Shown piece by piece: positions 8,193 through 18,411 of a stretch of 64,000 nt of DNA. How positions within the stretch are numbered: position 1 is the stretch's first letter; every line of letters starts with the position of its first letter. The DNA is from Ktedonobacteraceae bacterium (GTDB taxonomy: Bacteria > Chloroflexota > Ktedonobacteria > Ktedonobacterales > Ktedonobacteraceae). Position numbers and translations under genes: made by a program. Location of the stretch: positions 29,885-93,884 of the forward strand of contig DATGLM010000064.1 in assembly GCA_035294125.1 (NCBI GenBank), given 5' to 3'. The notes beneath the pieces were generated by a model. The model saw only the letters and a program-made list of their open reading frames with translations, was not told the DNA's origin and searched no databases.

Positions 8193-9929
8193 CTAATGCG
8201 TTATACCTACCGTGGGGTCTGGTACGATAGTCGGCGTCACCGTTGGCGATGGAGACGGCGACGGCGATGGTGATGGAGACGGTGATGGAGACGGTGATGG
8301 AGACGGTGATGGTGTCACCGTTGGCGACGGCGTTGGTGATGGTGATGGGCTGGGCTTCGCCGTGGGTGATGGCGACGGTTGCTTTGTCGGCGTTGCCGTT
8401 GGTAGCGCGAAAAAGACTGTAACCGTTGTGCCAGACTGAACTTTATCTTTGTACGCAGGGTCCTGGCTCGTAATAATCCCATTAGTGGGACCCTTAGTCT
8501 GAAGCTTCAAATGATACTGTTGTGCCGTAATTTCAGCCTGTGCCAGATTTTCCCCGATAAACTTAGGGACAGTGACCAACCCTGTTGTCGTTGTCACCGT
8601 AATCGTAGGCTTGTTGTCAGAACCCTTGCCAAGCGGTATAAAGTTGAGCTGGATCGCCAGGTAGACGCTGAAGCCGAGCAGGAGCAGGGTGGCCAGCAGG
8701 ATCAGGATGGTGATGATGCTGGCGAAGCGTGAGTCGCCGTCGGAGTGCGCGGCGTGGCCGTTGGCGTAAGGGTCTTGCACGGCGCCGGAACGTGGTATGG
8801 TGCCGCGCTGGAATGAAAGTGTTGACCCGGCTTCGGGCGGGCTGATATAGGGCGGCGCATAGGTTGGTTGCTGGTCTATGAATGGGCTGACAGGACCCAT
8901 ATTGCCATTCGAGGCCACGGCTGGCGGCTGCACGATGGTGGATGCGTCCAGTATGTGATCGGGCGACGAGACGGAGGTGCGGGCAGCAGGACGTGGTGGC
9001 ACCGGCGGTGGACTGTAAACAGGATCGCGCGACGGCGGCATGGGCGTCAGGCCGGGGGAGGAAATAGGCGCGATGGTTGGCGGCAGCGGCTCGCCCAGTT
9101 CGGCATCGCCAAGCAGCTCTAAGGCACGCGCCAGCGCGCTGCCGTCGCGGTAGCGCATCTCCGGCTGTTTTTCCAGGCTGCGCAGGATAATGGCCTCCAG
9201 CTCCGGTGGAATGTTGGGGTTAAACTGGCTCGGCGGTATCGGAGGGTCCTGAATGTGCTGCATCGCTACCGCGACGGGCGTATCGCCATCGAAGGGCGGG
9301 TGGCCCGTCAGCATCTCGTACATGACGATACCGAGCGCATAGACATCGGCAGCCGGGCTGACAATCTCACCTTGCGCCTGCTCCGGCGCGTAATACTGAA
9401 CGGTGCCGAGCGTCATGCCGGTCGTAGTCAGGCGCTCCGCGTTGATGTCTTTGTAGACGCTGGCGATACCGAAGTCGGTCAGCTTGATCGAGCCGTCACG
9501 GCCCACCAGGATATTTTGCGGCTTGACATCACGGTGAACGATGCCCCGGCGATGGGCCGCCCCCAGTCCCAGGGCGACATCATGAGCGATAATGATAGCG
9601 CGATCGACGGCGAGAATGCCACGCGAGCGCGAGCGCAGGTAGCGGCGCAGGTCGGTGCCCTCCACCATCTCCATAACGATGTAGTAGTTCCCATCCGACT
9701 GTCCGTAGTCATAGACCTGTACAATATTGGGGTGCTGTAAGGATGATGCGGCCTTCGCTTCTCGCTGGAAGCGCGTTACAAATTTAGGGTCGGTGCTATA
9801 GGCTTCGCGCAACACTTTGATCGCCACGACACGATCCATCCGCAGGTCGCGCCCACGATAGATCGTTGCCATGCCACCACGCCCAATCGGGTCCTGTAAC
9901 TCGTATCGATCACCTAAAACGTCACTCAT
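8193..9929 (-). CDS. Ser/Thr protein kinase, PknB-like, with a single TM segment, extracellular PASTA domain and C-terminal PS/PT-rich tail
   Basis: 578 aa. Canonical Hanks motifs are all present: [24 protein letters not shown] and APE. After a Pro-rich linker and a TM helix ([22 protein letters not shown]) there is a PASTA-like segment ([26 protein letters not shown]). The last ~70 aa is a repetitive stretch built from PSPS/PT units. Confidence 0.85.
   Translation of the reverse strand: MSDVLGDRYELQDPIGRGGMATIYRGRDLRMDRVVAIKVLREAYSTDPKFVTRFQREAKAASSLQHPNIVQVYDYGQSDGNYYIVMEMVEGTDLRRYLRSRSRGILAVDRAIIIAHDVALGLGAAHRRGIVHRDVKPQNILVGRDGSIKLTDFGIASVYKDINAERLTTTGMTLGTVQYYAPEQAQGEIVSPAADVYALGIVMYEMLTGHPPFDGDTPVAVAMQHIQDPPIPPSQFNPNIPPELEAIILRSLEKQPEMRYRDGSALARALELLGDAELGEPLPPTIAPISSPGLTPMPPSRDPVYSPPPVPPRPAARTSVSSPDHILDASTIVQPPAVASNGNMGPVSPFIDQQPTYAPPYISPPEAGSTLSFQRGTIPRSGAVQDPYANGHAAHSDGDSRFASIITILILLATLLLLGFSVYLAIQLNFIPLGKGSDNKPTITVTTTTGLVTVPKFIGENLAQAEITAQQYHLKLQTKGPTNGIITSQDPAYKDKVQSGTTVTVFFALPTATPTKQPSPSPTAKPSPSPSPTPSPTVTPSPSPSPSPSPSPSPSPSPSPSPTVTPTIVPDPTVGITH
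8245..8345. repeat. Tandem 12-nt repeat (GGTGATGGAGAC)n encoding the kinase C-terminal PS-rich tail (read on the opposite strand as GDGD)
   Basis: GGTGATGGAGACGGTGATGGAGACGGTGATGGAGACGGTGATGG is seen directly at 8269-8312. Confidence 0.6.
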
Positions 9930-10023
9930 TATTTATTACTTCGCATCTTTAGAGCATAGGCACGTTTTCTTGCGTTCCCTATTGTACCTTATTCTGCAAG
10001 CAAAGGGAATAGTCTGGGAGTAT

Positions 10024-12006
10024 TTACTTTAGTAATACAGGGCCGGGAAACCGCTCATCACCACTGCGGCGCGTCATTTTTAAGGTATCCATATGCTCCA
10101 GCAGTGGCAGGATGTATTTCCTGGTCGTGCCTAAAACATCACGGGCCTCCGCCACCGTGATTTTGCCATGCTCGCGCAGGTAGTCGGCAATGCTTGCCAG
10201 CGCCTCGTCATAGGTTTCTTTCAGGAAGAGCACGCCTTCGCTGCCCGCGCCAGCCATTCCGACGCGCACCAGTTGTCCTTGCTCGACCAGCGCGCCCAGC
10301 ACTTCGGCACCCACCAGCGCCTCCGCCTCGCTCACCCCAGGCGGCGTATACGGACTGGCGCGAAACCGTTGCAGTAAGGCATCTACCTGCTGCTGCTGCG
10401 CCTCGGTGAAGCGCGGCGCGAAACCGGGCAAACGCAGCAGGCTCCCTTCAGCCTCTAACCGTCCTTCGGCTGTCAGCAGCGCGATAGCGTCCCCCGCCAG
10501 CTTCGGCGAGAGGTTGAGGCGCGAACGCCACTCTTCCTTTGAGAGGCCACCACGCAGGGGATGCTGCCGGTGCTGCTCGCTCACCAGGCGCACGGACTCT
10601 TCCGCCAGCGCCTCCCACACTCCCTGCGCGACCCAGAGCGTTCCTACCTGTCTCACCCTTCCCTCTCTTAACAACGTCTCCAGAGCGTTCAACGTCACAT
10701 CTTCGGCCAGATTACTCTGCTTTACCAGATCGGTCAACTCGTATCCAACCTGTCCATGCTGCGTTTTCCCGCCTGTGGAGGTCTTTGCTGAGGTTATTGG
10801 AGATTTTACTCCTGCCTGTTTGCTGGTAGCCATATTGGGTCTGCGGTCCAGCACGGCCAGGATCAATTCCTCCGGCGTGCCGCGTGAAAGCGTTTCCAGC
10901 GCTTCCAGAATCGCCGACTGGTGACGGCGATGGTAGCGTGGGTGAACATCCACCACTTCGCCACCTCCAATCGTCCTGCTCGGTGAAGGAATGCGCAGGA
11001 TAAAGCGGTCGCGGCGCGCCACCACTGCCGGGCTGTTCAAACGCAACTGCGCCCACGCGCTCTCCCCCGGCTGCAGTTCGTCGCGGTCAAGCAGGCGCAC
11101 CCGCGCTGGCACCTCCTGCGAACCGGTATAACAATCGACCTGCGTGTTGTGGTCCAGGGGGTGTTCGGCATCGGCCAGCAACTGAATGCGGGCATCGAAT
11201 AACAGCGTCGGGCGCAACTGTGCCGGCAGAGCGACAACATTGCCGCGCTCAAGGTCACTCCGTGCCACGTTCGCCAGGTTGATGGCGACACGACTGCCTG
11301 GACGAGCTACCTCCACCTGCTGTTTGTGGGTCTGCAAACTGCGGATGCGCGTGCGCAGCCCCTGCGGCAAAATTTCCACCTCCTGCCCAACCTTCAACAT
11401 GCCATCCAGCAGTGTGCCGGTGACGATGGTGCCAAAACCCGTCATGGTGAAGACGCGATCAATGGGCAGGCGCGGGCGGGCGATGTTCTGGCGTTCTTCC
11501 GCCTCGTCCAGCAGCCGTTCCAGTTCGGCCACCAGTTCTGGCAAGCCGTGCCCTGTATAGGCGGAAACGGGCATGATAGCCGCGTCCGCCAGCGTGGTAG
11601 GCGCCAGGTGTTCTCGAACCTCCTCGCGCACGAGTTCGAGCCATTCCTCATCTACCAGATCGGTCTTCGTCAACGCCACAATGCCGCGCCGCACGCGCAG
11701 CAGGTCGAGGATCGCCAGGTGCTCGCGTGTCTGCGGCATCACGCCCTCGTCCGCTGCCACGACCAGCAAAGCCGCGTCGATGCCGCCCACCCCGGCCAGC
11801 ATATTCTTGATAAAGCCCTCGTGTCCCGGCACATCGATGATGCTCACCTCACGCCCGCCCGGCAACTTCAGCCAGGCAAAGCCCAGGTCTATCGTCATGC
11901 CGCGCTCCTTCTCCTCCGCCAGTCGATCAGGATCAATCCCCGTCAGCGCCTTCACCAGCGTCGACTTCCCATGATCGATGTGTCCCGCAGTCCCGATGCA
12001 ACTCAT
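10024..12006 (-). CDS. selB: Selenocysteine-specific translation elongation factor SelB
   Basis: N-terminal GTPase MSCIGTAGHIDHGKSTLVKALTG, DVPGH and TKTD motifs, an EF-Tu-like domain II, and a long C-terminal extension of the kind used for SECIS binding. Likely start is ATG at 12006; the track ORF extends to 12063. Confidence 0.8.
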   Translation of the reverse strand: MSCIGTAGHIDHGKSTLVKALTGIDPDRLAEEKERGMTIDLGFAWLKLPGGREVSIIDVPGHEGFIKNMLAGVGGIDAALLVVAADEGVMPQTREHLAILDLLRVRRGIVALTKTDLVDEEWLELVREEVREHLAPTTLADAAIMPVSAYTGHGLPELVAELERLLDEAEERQNIARPRLPIDRVFTMTGFGTIVTGTLLDGMLKVGQEVEILPQGLRTRIRSLQTHKQQVEVARPGSRVAINLANVARSDLERGNVVALPAQLRPTLLFDARIQLLADAEHPLDHNTQVDCYTGSQEVPARVRLLDRDELQPGESAWAQLRLNSPAVVARRDRFILRIPSPSRTIGGGEVVDVHPRYHRRHQSAILEALETLSRGTPEELILAVLDRRPNMATSKQAGVKSPITSAKTSTGGKTQHGQVGYELTDLVKQSNLAEDVTLNALETLLREGRVRQVGTLWVAQGVWEALAEESVRLVSEQHRQHPLRGGLSKEEWRSRLNLSPKLAGDAIALLTAEGRLEAEGSLLRLPGFAPRFTEAQQQQVDALLQRFRASPYTPPGVSEAEALVGAEVLGALVEQGQLVRVGMAGAGSEGVLFLKETYDEALASIADYLREHGKITVAEARDVLGTTRKYILPLLEHMDTLKMTRRSGDERFPGPVLLK

Positions 12007-12108
12007 ACTAATCCATCCATCCCAGAATAGCCCCAGCCTGCATTTCCTCGCAGCCTTCTGCAAGCTCTCGCTCCGATACCTGATGTATGCCTCTTAGTAT
12101 ACATCAAA

Positions 12109-12150
12109 GGAGAGGGGCACGGGAAATGTCTTTTCCCCGTGCCCCTCTCC
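12109..12150. terminator. Hairpin terminator (15-bp perfect stem)
   Basis: GGAGAGGGGCACGGG-AAATGTCTTTTC-CCCGTGCCCCTCTCC, between the end of the upstream secreted-protein gene and the selB start. Confidence 0.55.
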
Positions 12151-12194
12151 TCATCACACTGATCGTATCGTCGGCAACGCTCACAACCCGTCGA

Positions 12195-12740
12195 TTAACC
12201 GCACTTACCGGCTGGCGCAATCAACGCAGACTCGATGGTGTTCGGACTGGTAACTAACACGCCTCCTGGCTCTGGATATGTATGGTCAGACGGCAGGCTC
12301 CCTTGCCAGGTGAAGGTGAAGTTGGACAGGTACTGGCCGGGGATAATGGTTAGCTTCTCATTCGTCTGACCGCGTCCATTATTGATGGTGTAAGAGAAAT
12401 CAATCGTCCCACCGTTTGGACCCGAAACGACGTGAAACACCGCATTGTAGGTGACCTGAATGTAGGAGCCGCATTTCCAGAGCGAGACGCTGCTCGGCGT
12501 GACATACATATCGATGCTCGTCACGGTGAATGTTGCCGCGCTCTTCGCGCCTGAACTGCTTGAAGAAGCCAGATGCGTGTGAGACGCGGCAGTTTGTTTT
12601 GCGTCAACGACACGGCTACCGATGATATTTCCACAGACGGCTATCGCGACTACGAGAAAACAGACTACAATGATCAACGTTTTTCTTACTTTGCTATTGC
12701 TCCACATAGAACCACTTCTTTCTTCAGAAAACCTGTACAC
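12195..12740 (-). CDS. Hypothetical secreted/membrane-anchored protein
   Basis: 181 aa. N-terminal TM/signal (KTLIIVVCFLVVAIAVCGNIIGS), then a Ser-rich stretch and a beta-rich C-terminus. No recognisable motif. Confidence 0.5.
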   Translation of the reverse strand: MYRFSEERSGSMWSNSKVRKTLIIVVCFLVVAIAVCGNIIGSRVVDAKQTAASHTHLASSSSSGAKSAATFTVTSIDMYVTPSSVSLWKCGSYIQVTYNAVFHVVSGPNGGTIDFSYTINNGRGQTNEKLTIIPGQYLSNFTFTWQGSLPSDHTYPEPGGVLVTSPNTIESALIAPAGKCG

Positions 12741-13082
12741 TATGACATTTCAAAGCTTTCTATTCTATAGAATGCAAGTGAGAGGAGGTTTGTTCTGATT
12801 CTCCGCTGCCTGCCGGAAAACCTCTGGCAGGAATTTCAATTAGCGCGGCCCATGCTCAAACGGTTGACCCAGGGCAGGAGACGAGAGTGCCAGATTCCAG
12901 CCAGGCGATCTGGACGGGGTTGCGGCGGTTGCGACGCACGAAGTAGGCGCGACCGGGCGCGAGGTCGCTCACGAGTTCGTGGGAGTGAGATGCCACAGGG
13001 AATGTCCTTCACCGTAAGGAAGTCATCGCGCAGCGGCTCGGTTACAGGGATGCTTGCCCTTCCCTGAGTTCGTTCCCTTTTT

Positions 13083-14615
13083 CTATGGGGCAGCGATCAG
13101 CCCCTGTTCCAGCGCTTTGCTGAGAGCTTCAGTGCGACCGGAGACGTTGAGTTTCTGGTAGATGTTGGCGAGGTGGAAGTTGACGGTGCGCTCGCTGACG
13201 ACCAGGCGCGAGGCGATCTCTTTGTTGCGCAGCCCGCGAGCCAGCAGGCGTAGAACTTCCAGTTCTCGCGCCGTCAGCGTCTCGAACGGGGCGCTGCCTC
13301 GCGGTTGCTTGCCAAAGCGTGAGAGCAGGCGACCAGCGAGCTGCGGCTGCACCAGCACCTCACCACGTGCCACCACGCGCACCGCGCTGGCAAGTTCGTC
13401 GGGAGCGATGTCCTTGAGGACGTAGCCATCGGCCCCGGCGCGCAATGTCTCGTACAGGTAGGCTTCGCGGTCCTGTGTGGCAAGCAGGAGCACGTGCGTA
13501 TCGAGGTTAAGCTGCTTGATCTGGCGCAGGGCTTCGAGGCTCTGCTCGTTGGGCAACTGCGCATCCATCAGTACGACCTGCGGCCCCAGTTCCAGCGTCT
13601 CGCTCACCGCCTGCACGCCATCTGCCGCCTCCCCAACCACCTGCAGATCGGGGTAACTTTCTAGCAGGCGGCGCAGCCCGGCGCGTATGACTGCCTGGCT
13701 GTCCACGATCAGGACGCGCACAGGAGATGCTGCGCTTGCCGTGCGTGTGGAGGGCGTGGCGGCTGTCACAGGGACTGCCGTTTCGGGTACAGGAGCCGGG
13801 GCGATGAATGGAACAGTAATATCATGTGGCGCGTAGGGCACGCGCACCCGTAGACGGGTTCCCTGTCTCTCCGGTCTGCTTAGCTCCAACGAGCCGCCGA
13901 TATGTTCGATACGCTGGCGCAGATCGTTGAGAATGGGCGAGAGGGTGTTCGCAGGCGTGTCTCGCGGCGCGGAAAATGGTATTGCGGCGTTTTCATGCCC
14001 GAAGGGAGGGATAGGTAGCAGTTCTTTGGTATCGCTCCCGGTATCTGTGCCGGGTGGAGGTAAGCTGTCTTCGATATTCATCTGCGCCTCGTCTCGCCCA
14101 TAGATGAAGGTAAAGCGCAGCTTGCGTGCATTGTCGCCCTGAGCGCGCTGGAAATGCTGGGAACGCTGCTGTATCTCGTAAAGTGCTTCCTGGGCAATAC
14201 GGTAGAGCAGGCGCTCCGCGTAGCCGGGCAGACCGCGTTCCTCACCGGAGAAGACGATGCGGCTGGAAAGGTCGGCGCTTTCCGCCGTCTCTTCAACGGC
14301 CCTGGTCAGCGCCTCGGTCAGGCTGACACCGACCAGTTCCGGGAGCGGCAAGCTCTCGTCCTCGCTGCGGATGTGGTGGAGCACCTCACGCGCCATCCGC
14401 TCGATCTCCGCCAGCCCCTGCCGCAATTCCTGTGTCTCGGCAGCCGTCGGTGACGTCTCGGAGCGCAACAGCGCTTGCAGCGCGCTGACCTGTATCAACA
14501 TGGCGCTCATTTGTCGCAAAAGATGCTCGTGCGCCCCAGCACCCTCATTGTCAACTTCGTTAGCGAACAAAACCTCTTCAGATTGCATTGTTACCCCTTC
14601 CAGACTTCCCCTCAC
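13083..14615 (-). CDS. Hybrid regulator: N-terminal HisKA_3-like plus degenerate HATPase-like region, receiver (REC) domain and C-terminal LuxR/NarL-type HTH
   Basis: 510 aa. The C-terminus has a REC domain (VRVLIVDSQ...VVLMDAQLP...LLLAT...YVLKD) and a LuxR HTH (LTARELEVLRLLARGLRNKEIASRLVVSERTVNFHLANIYQKL). The N-terminal ~290 aa resembles NarX-type dimerisation/H-box (AHEHLLRQMSAML) and N-box (LLYRIAQEALYEI) regions and a G-box-like end (IGGSLELSRPERQGTRLRVRVP), but lacks clear DxGxG/GxGxG ATP-binding glycines. Confidence 0.65.
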   Translation of the reverse strand: MRGSLEGVTMQSEEVLFANEVDNEGAGAHEHLLRQMSAMLIQVSALQALLRSETSPTAAETQELRQGLAEIERMAREVLHHIRSEDESLPLPELVGVSLTEALTRAVEETAESADLSSRIVFSGEERGLPGYAERLLYRIAQEALYEIQQRSQHFQRAQGDNARKLRFTFIYGRDEAQMNIEDSLPPPGTDTGSDTKELLPIPPFGHENAAIPFSAPRDTPANTLSPILNDLRQRIEHIGGSLELSRPERQGTRLRVRVPYAPHDITVPFIAPAPVPETAVPVTAATPSTRTASAASPVRVLIVDSQAVIRAGLRRLLESYPDLQVVGEAADGVQAVSETLELGPQVVLMDAQLPNEQSLEALRQIKQLNLDTHVLLLATQDREAYLYETLRAGADGYVLKDIAPDELASAVRVVARGEVLVQPQLAGRLLSRFGKQPRGSAPFETLTARELEVLRLLARGLRNKEIASRLVVSERTVNFHLANIYQKLNVSGRTEALSKALEQGLIAAP

Positions 14616-14739
14616 CGACTGAATCTCTAAAAATTACGATAAGCTGGTGACACTATCACCAGCTTATCGTATCACAACACTTTTGTCTGCGCGAATCTTC
14701 CTGATGCCTTTACCCTTGCTTTACAGGCTTGAAATGAAG

Positions 14740-17325
14740 CTAATGGACAACCTCCATGACGAGCTTGCCATCTTTGACGTCAAAATGGACGGTGTCGCCG
14801 TCTTTGATGGTGCCGTCGAGCAGGGCATGGGCAATGCGGTTCTCTACTTCGCGCTGGATGACACGCTTGAGCGGGCGCGCGCCGAACTGCGGCTCGTATC
14901 CCATCTCACCCAGCAGGTCTTTGGCCGCGTCACTGAGGGTGAGCGTGATGTTGCGCTCCGCCAGGCGCGGGCGCAGGCGATTAACCTGAATCTCCACGAT
15001 TTGCTTCATCTGGTCGCGCGTGATCTGGTGGAAGATGATGATCTCGTCAATACGGTTGATGAACTCTGGACGGAAGCCCTCTTCGCGCAGGCGCTGGCGG
15101 ATCACGCGCTGCACATCCTCCTCCGGCATGCCGTCAAGCTCATGCAGCCAGCGCGCGCCGACGTTACTGGTCATGATGATGACGGTGTTCTTGAAGTCGA
15201 CTGTGCGGCCCTGCCCATCCGTCAGGCGACCATCGTCGAGCACCTGCAGCAGGACGTTGAAGACATCCGGCGCGGCCTTCTCGATTTCATCGAGCAGGAC
15301 GACGCTGTAGGGGTGGCGGCGCACTGCCTCCGTGAGCTGGCCGCCCTCTTCGTAGCCGACGTAGCCGGGAGGCGCGCCGATCAGCCGCGAGACGCTGTGC
15401 TTCTCCATGTACTCCGACATGTCGATGCGGATAATGGCCTGCTCATTGTCGAAGAGGAACTCGGCGAGGGCGCGGGCCGTTTCGGTTTTGCCCACGCCGG
15501 TCGGCCCCAGGAAGAGAAAGCTTGCCAGCGGGCGATTGGGGTCCTGCAGTCCAGCGCGCGAGCGGCGGATGGCGTCCGAGACGATCTGTAAGGCCAGGTC
15601 TTGCCCGACCACACGCTCGCGCAGGTGATCCTCCATCGTCAGCAGCTTCTGTACTTCGGCCTGCATCAGTTTCGTGACCGGAATGTGCGTCCACTTGGAG
15701 ACGATCTCGGCCACATCCTCGGCGTCCACCTCCTCTTTGAGCATGCGCGCGCTCTTGATATTGGTCAGCTTCGCCTCCGCGTCGGCGATGCGCCGTTCGA
15801 GATCAGGAATGACGCCGTAGCGTAGCCGCGCCTGCTCTTCCAGATTATATTCGCGTTCGGCCCGCTCCAGGTTGACCTGTGCCTCTTCCAGTTCTTTCTT
15901 CAGACGGCGGATGGCCTCCACCGGCTCGCGCTCGCTCTCCAACGAGAGCCGCAGCGCGTTCAACTGCTCGGTCAGGTTGGCGATCTCCTGCTCCACTTTC
16001 GCGCGCCGCTCGCGGCTGGCCGGATCGTTCTCTTTTTTCAGCGCCTCCTGCTCCACCTGGAGCTGGCGAATGCGGCGGTCCAGCGCATCGACTTCGCTGG
16101 GCGTGCTGTCCAGTTCGACGCGGCGGTGGCTGGCGGCCTCGTCGATCAGGTCGATGGCCTTGTCCGGCAGAAAGCGGTCGGTGATGTAGCGGTTGGAGAG
16201 GACTGCCGCCGCCACCAGCGCGCCGTCGGTGATGCGCACGCCGTGATGCACCTCGTAGCGAGGCTTGAGGCCGCGCAGGATGCTGATGGTGTCCTCGACA
16301 TCCGGCTGATCGACCATGACAGGCTGGAAACGGCGTTCCAACGCGGCATCCTTCTCGATGTGCTTGCGGTACTCGTCCAGCGTGGTGGCGCCGATACAGT
16401 GCAGTTCGCCACGCGCCAGCATCGGTTTGAGCATATTGGAGGCATCCATCGCGCCCTCTGCCGCGCCCGCGCCTACAAGAGTGTGCAGCTCATCAATAAA
16501 TAGGATGATTCTCCCTTCCGAGCTGGTGACCTCCTTCAGCACGGCCTTCAGGCGTTCCTCGAACTCGCCACGATACTTGGCTCCGGCCACCAGCGCGCCG
16601 AGGTCGAGCGTGATAACTTCCTTGTCCGCCAGGGTCTTCGGCACGTCTCCGCGCACAATGCGCTGTGCCAGTCCTTCGACGATGGCGGTCTTACCGACGC
16701 CCGGTTCCCCGATCAGCACGGGGTTATTCTTGGTGCGGCGGCTCAACACCTGGATGACGCGGCGAATCTCTTCATCGCGTCCGATGACCGGGTCGAGCTT
16801 GCCTTCTCGCGCCAGTTGGGTCAGGTTGCGTCCATATTTCTCCAGCGCCTGGTACTGCTCCTCTGGATTCTGTGTAGTGACGCGCTGCGAGCCGCGAATG
16901 GAGGTCAGCGCCTGCATCACGTTCTGCCGGTTCAGCGCCGCCATGCGCATGACGCGTCGCACCGCCTCGTCGCTGATTTCGAGCAGAGCGAGCAGCAGGT
17001 GTTCCACGCTGAGGTACTCATCGTGGAAGGCGTTCATCTCCTGCCACGCGGCGTCCAGCACCCTGCGCAGGGCCGGAGAGATGCCCGGCTCGCTGCCGCC
17101 ATAGACATGGGGCAAACGCGCGATTTCTTGCAGGGCAGCGTTTTGCGACCCCTCCCAGTTGCCGCCGACCTTCTGGATAATCTGCTGTACAACTCCACCC
17201 TCCTGCTGGAGCAACGCGGCCAGCAGGTGAACAGGCTCTATCTGACTGTTGCTGTTCTGGCGCGCAAGCTCACTTGCCTCACTGATCGCCTCACGCGCCC
17301 GCTCGGTAAACTTTTCGATCTTCAT
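14740..17325 (-). CDS. clpB: ATP-dependent chaperone ClpB
   Basis: 861 aa. N-terminal Clp-N repeats, two AAA+ modules ([15 protein letters not shown]; [15 protein letters not shown]) and a long coiled-coil middle domain. Confidence 0.9.
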   Translation of the reverse strand: MKIEKFTERAREAISEASELARQNSNSQIEPVHLLAALLQQEGGVVQQIIQKVGGNWEGSQNAALQEIARLPHVYGGSEPGISPALRRVLDAAWQEMNAFHDEYLSVEHLLLALLEISDEAVRRVMRMAALNRQNVMQALTSIRGSQRVTTQNPEEQYQALEKYGRNLTQLAREGKLDPVIGRDEEIRRVIQVLSRRTKNNPVLIGEPGVGKTAIVEGLAQRIVRGDVPKTLADKEVITLDLGALVAGAKYRGEFEERLKAVLKEVTSSEGRIILFIDELHTLVGAGAAEGAMDASNMLKPMLARGELHCIGATTLDEYRKHIEKDAALERRFQPVMVDQPDVEDTISILRGLKPRYEVHHGVRITDGALVAAAVLSNRYITDRFLPDKAIDLIDEAASHRRVELDSTPSEVDALDRRIRQLQVEQEALKKENDPASRERRAKVEQEIANLTEQLNALRLSLESEREPVEAIRRLKKELEEAQVNLERAEREYNLEEQARLRYGVIPDLERRIADAEAKLTNIKSARMLKEEVDAEDVAEIVSKWTHIPVTKLMQAEVQKLLTMEDHLRERVVGQDLALQIVSDAIRRSRAGLQDPNRPLASFLFLGPTGVGKTETARALAEFLFDNEQAIIRIDMSEYMEKHSVSRLIGAPPGYVGYEEGGQLTEAVRRHPYSVVLLDEIEKAAPDVFNVLLQVLDDGRLTDGQGRTVDFKNTVIIMTSNVGARWLHELDGMPEEDVQRVIRQRLREEGFRPEFINRIDEIIIFHQITRDQMKQIVEIQVNRLRPRLAERNITLTLSDAAKDLLGEMGYEPQFGARPLKRVIQREVENRIAHALLDGTIKDGDTVHFDVKDGKLVMEVVH

Positions 17326-17359
17326 GAAGACCTCTCCCTGTACTCTATACTCTTCCCTT

Positions 17360-17400
17360 GTTTATCTGTACTATACCACACATGAGCCTATTATTGCAAG
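17360..17400 (-). promoter_or_regulatory. Candidate sigma70-type promoter for clpB with extended -10 (TGgTATAGT) and TTGCAA -35
   Basis: Reading the minus strand: TTGCAA-(18 nt)-TGGTATAGT lies about 40 nt upstream of the clpB ATG. A second TATAGT element sits about 75 nt further upstream (17440-17450). No CIRCE or HAIR inverted repeat was seen. Confidence 0.3.
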
Positions 17401-17509
17401 AAAGTATGAGTGTCTATCTGTCAACTCTTCTGTGGCATAGATGTACTATACTGTACGCCGGTATTATTCCTACATTATAAATACGTAAGAGCAGGGATGA
17501 GGGTGTCCG

Positions 17510-18364
17510 TTAGTGATCCTGGTCAATCCTGCGCGCCATAGAGACCGGCATGACGAGGGAGAGCAGCCGGATGCGCAGCGAGGAATGGGAGGGCGGGATG
17601 AGATAGAGCAGGAAAGCCAGTGCTCCCAGCAGCAAGCCCGCAACGGTAAAAAGGATGCTCAGCGCGGACGCGCCTGATCCTCCGCTATTGTCTGCGGGCG
17701 GATTGCCATTATTCTGCTGTCCTGGTCCTCCACCTGTCGAAACCGTAACCGTCACGGTAGGAGAAGGCGTCTGGCTGACAGCAGGCGTGTCGGTGCTGAG
17801 GGCAGTAGGCGAAGGAGCAGGCGTAGGCGATGGCGTCGGTGAAGGAGATGGAGTAGGAGACGGCGATGGGGATGGGGATGGTGAAGGAGATGGTGACGGT
17901 GTAGGTGATGGCGTAGGCGATGGCGTCGGTGTGGGGCTGCAACTCCAGGAGACAGACACGCTATTTGCCTGGTTTGCGCTGAAGTTAATGGTGGCTCTGG
18001 CAGGGCAGGTTGTATTTGATGGTATTGTAATAGTTACGCTTACTTGCTTCTGCGGCTGCAACGCTCCCCCGCGGGGATTGATGGTAATGCCGGAGACTCC
18101 CTGGCTTGTTGCAAACCAGAAGAGGGTCTTATTGTTACTGGTATTGCTTACTGTGACAGTGCATTGCATACAATTGGACAGGAAGGTCGGAGAGACGGTT
18201 AGAAGACCACCGAGTGCAACAGGTCGCATGGTATATGGCGCTGCCTCTGCCGTTTGTGGGCGTGGGGCGAGCGACGGGACAGAGATTGCCAGTACGCACA
18301 GGGCGGCGAAGGCAACTATGACCGACAAGCGGGAAAACCAGAAAGACGCATTATGAGGGGGCAT
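17510..18364 (-). CDS. Hypothetical surface protein: signal peptide, Ig-like domain, long PT/PS linker, C-terminal TM anchor
   Basis: 284 aa. [33 protein letters not shown] is signal-like. The linker is [24 protein letters not shown]... and the C-terminal TM is [23 protein letters not shown]. Confidence 0.55.
   Translation of the reverse strand: MPPHNASFWFSRLSVIVAFAALCVLAISVPSLAPRPQTAEAAPYTMRPVALGGLLTVSPTFLSNCMQCTVTVSNTSNNKTLFWFATSQGVSGITINPRGGALQPQKQVSVTITIPSNTTCPARATINFSANQANSVSVSWSCSPTPTPSPTPSPTPSPSPSPSPSPSPSPTPSPSPTPSPTPAPSPTALSTDTPAVSQTPSPTVTVTVSTGGGPGQQNNGNPPADNSGGSGASALSILFTVAGLLLGALAFLLYLIPPSHSSLRIRLLSLVMPVSMARRIDQDH
17815..17935. repeat. Low-complexity tandem repeat DNA encoding the PT/PS linker
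   Basis: GTAGGCGATGGCGTCGGTG is directly repeated at about 17821 and 17912 within a GGNGANGG periodic region. Confidence 0.5.
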
Positions 18365-18411
18365 CGCTTTATCCTCTCTGGCGCACTATCGCCATGAACG
18401 ATCAGTGAATA

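Noticed and set aside
12852-13067. 71-aa + ORF, and an ~46-codon minus-strand GTG-initiated frame in the 340-bp gap upstream of the secreted-protein gene
   Set aside because: Neither has a ribosome-binding site or a recognisable family. They were considered as a possible small peptide gene, but the evidence is insufficient.
14647-17104. Several + strand ORFs (314 aa, 262 aa and others) across the clpB locus
   Set aside because: They are antisense to ClpB and have no motifs.
17326-17509. Repeated GTACTATAC / CTATACTGTAC motifs upstream of clpB, also seen upstream of hxlR (30129-30155) and HIT (30648-30660), considered as a shared operator for a heat-shock or HxlR regulator
   Set aside because: On the transcribed strands these read as TATAGT/TATACT -10 hexamers with suitably spaced TTG-type -35 boxes. 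Ordinary promoter elements are therefore the simpler explanation. No CIRCE (TTAGCACTC-N9-GAGTGCTAA) or HAIR element is present.
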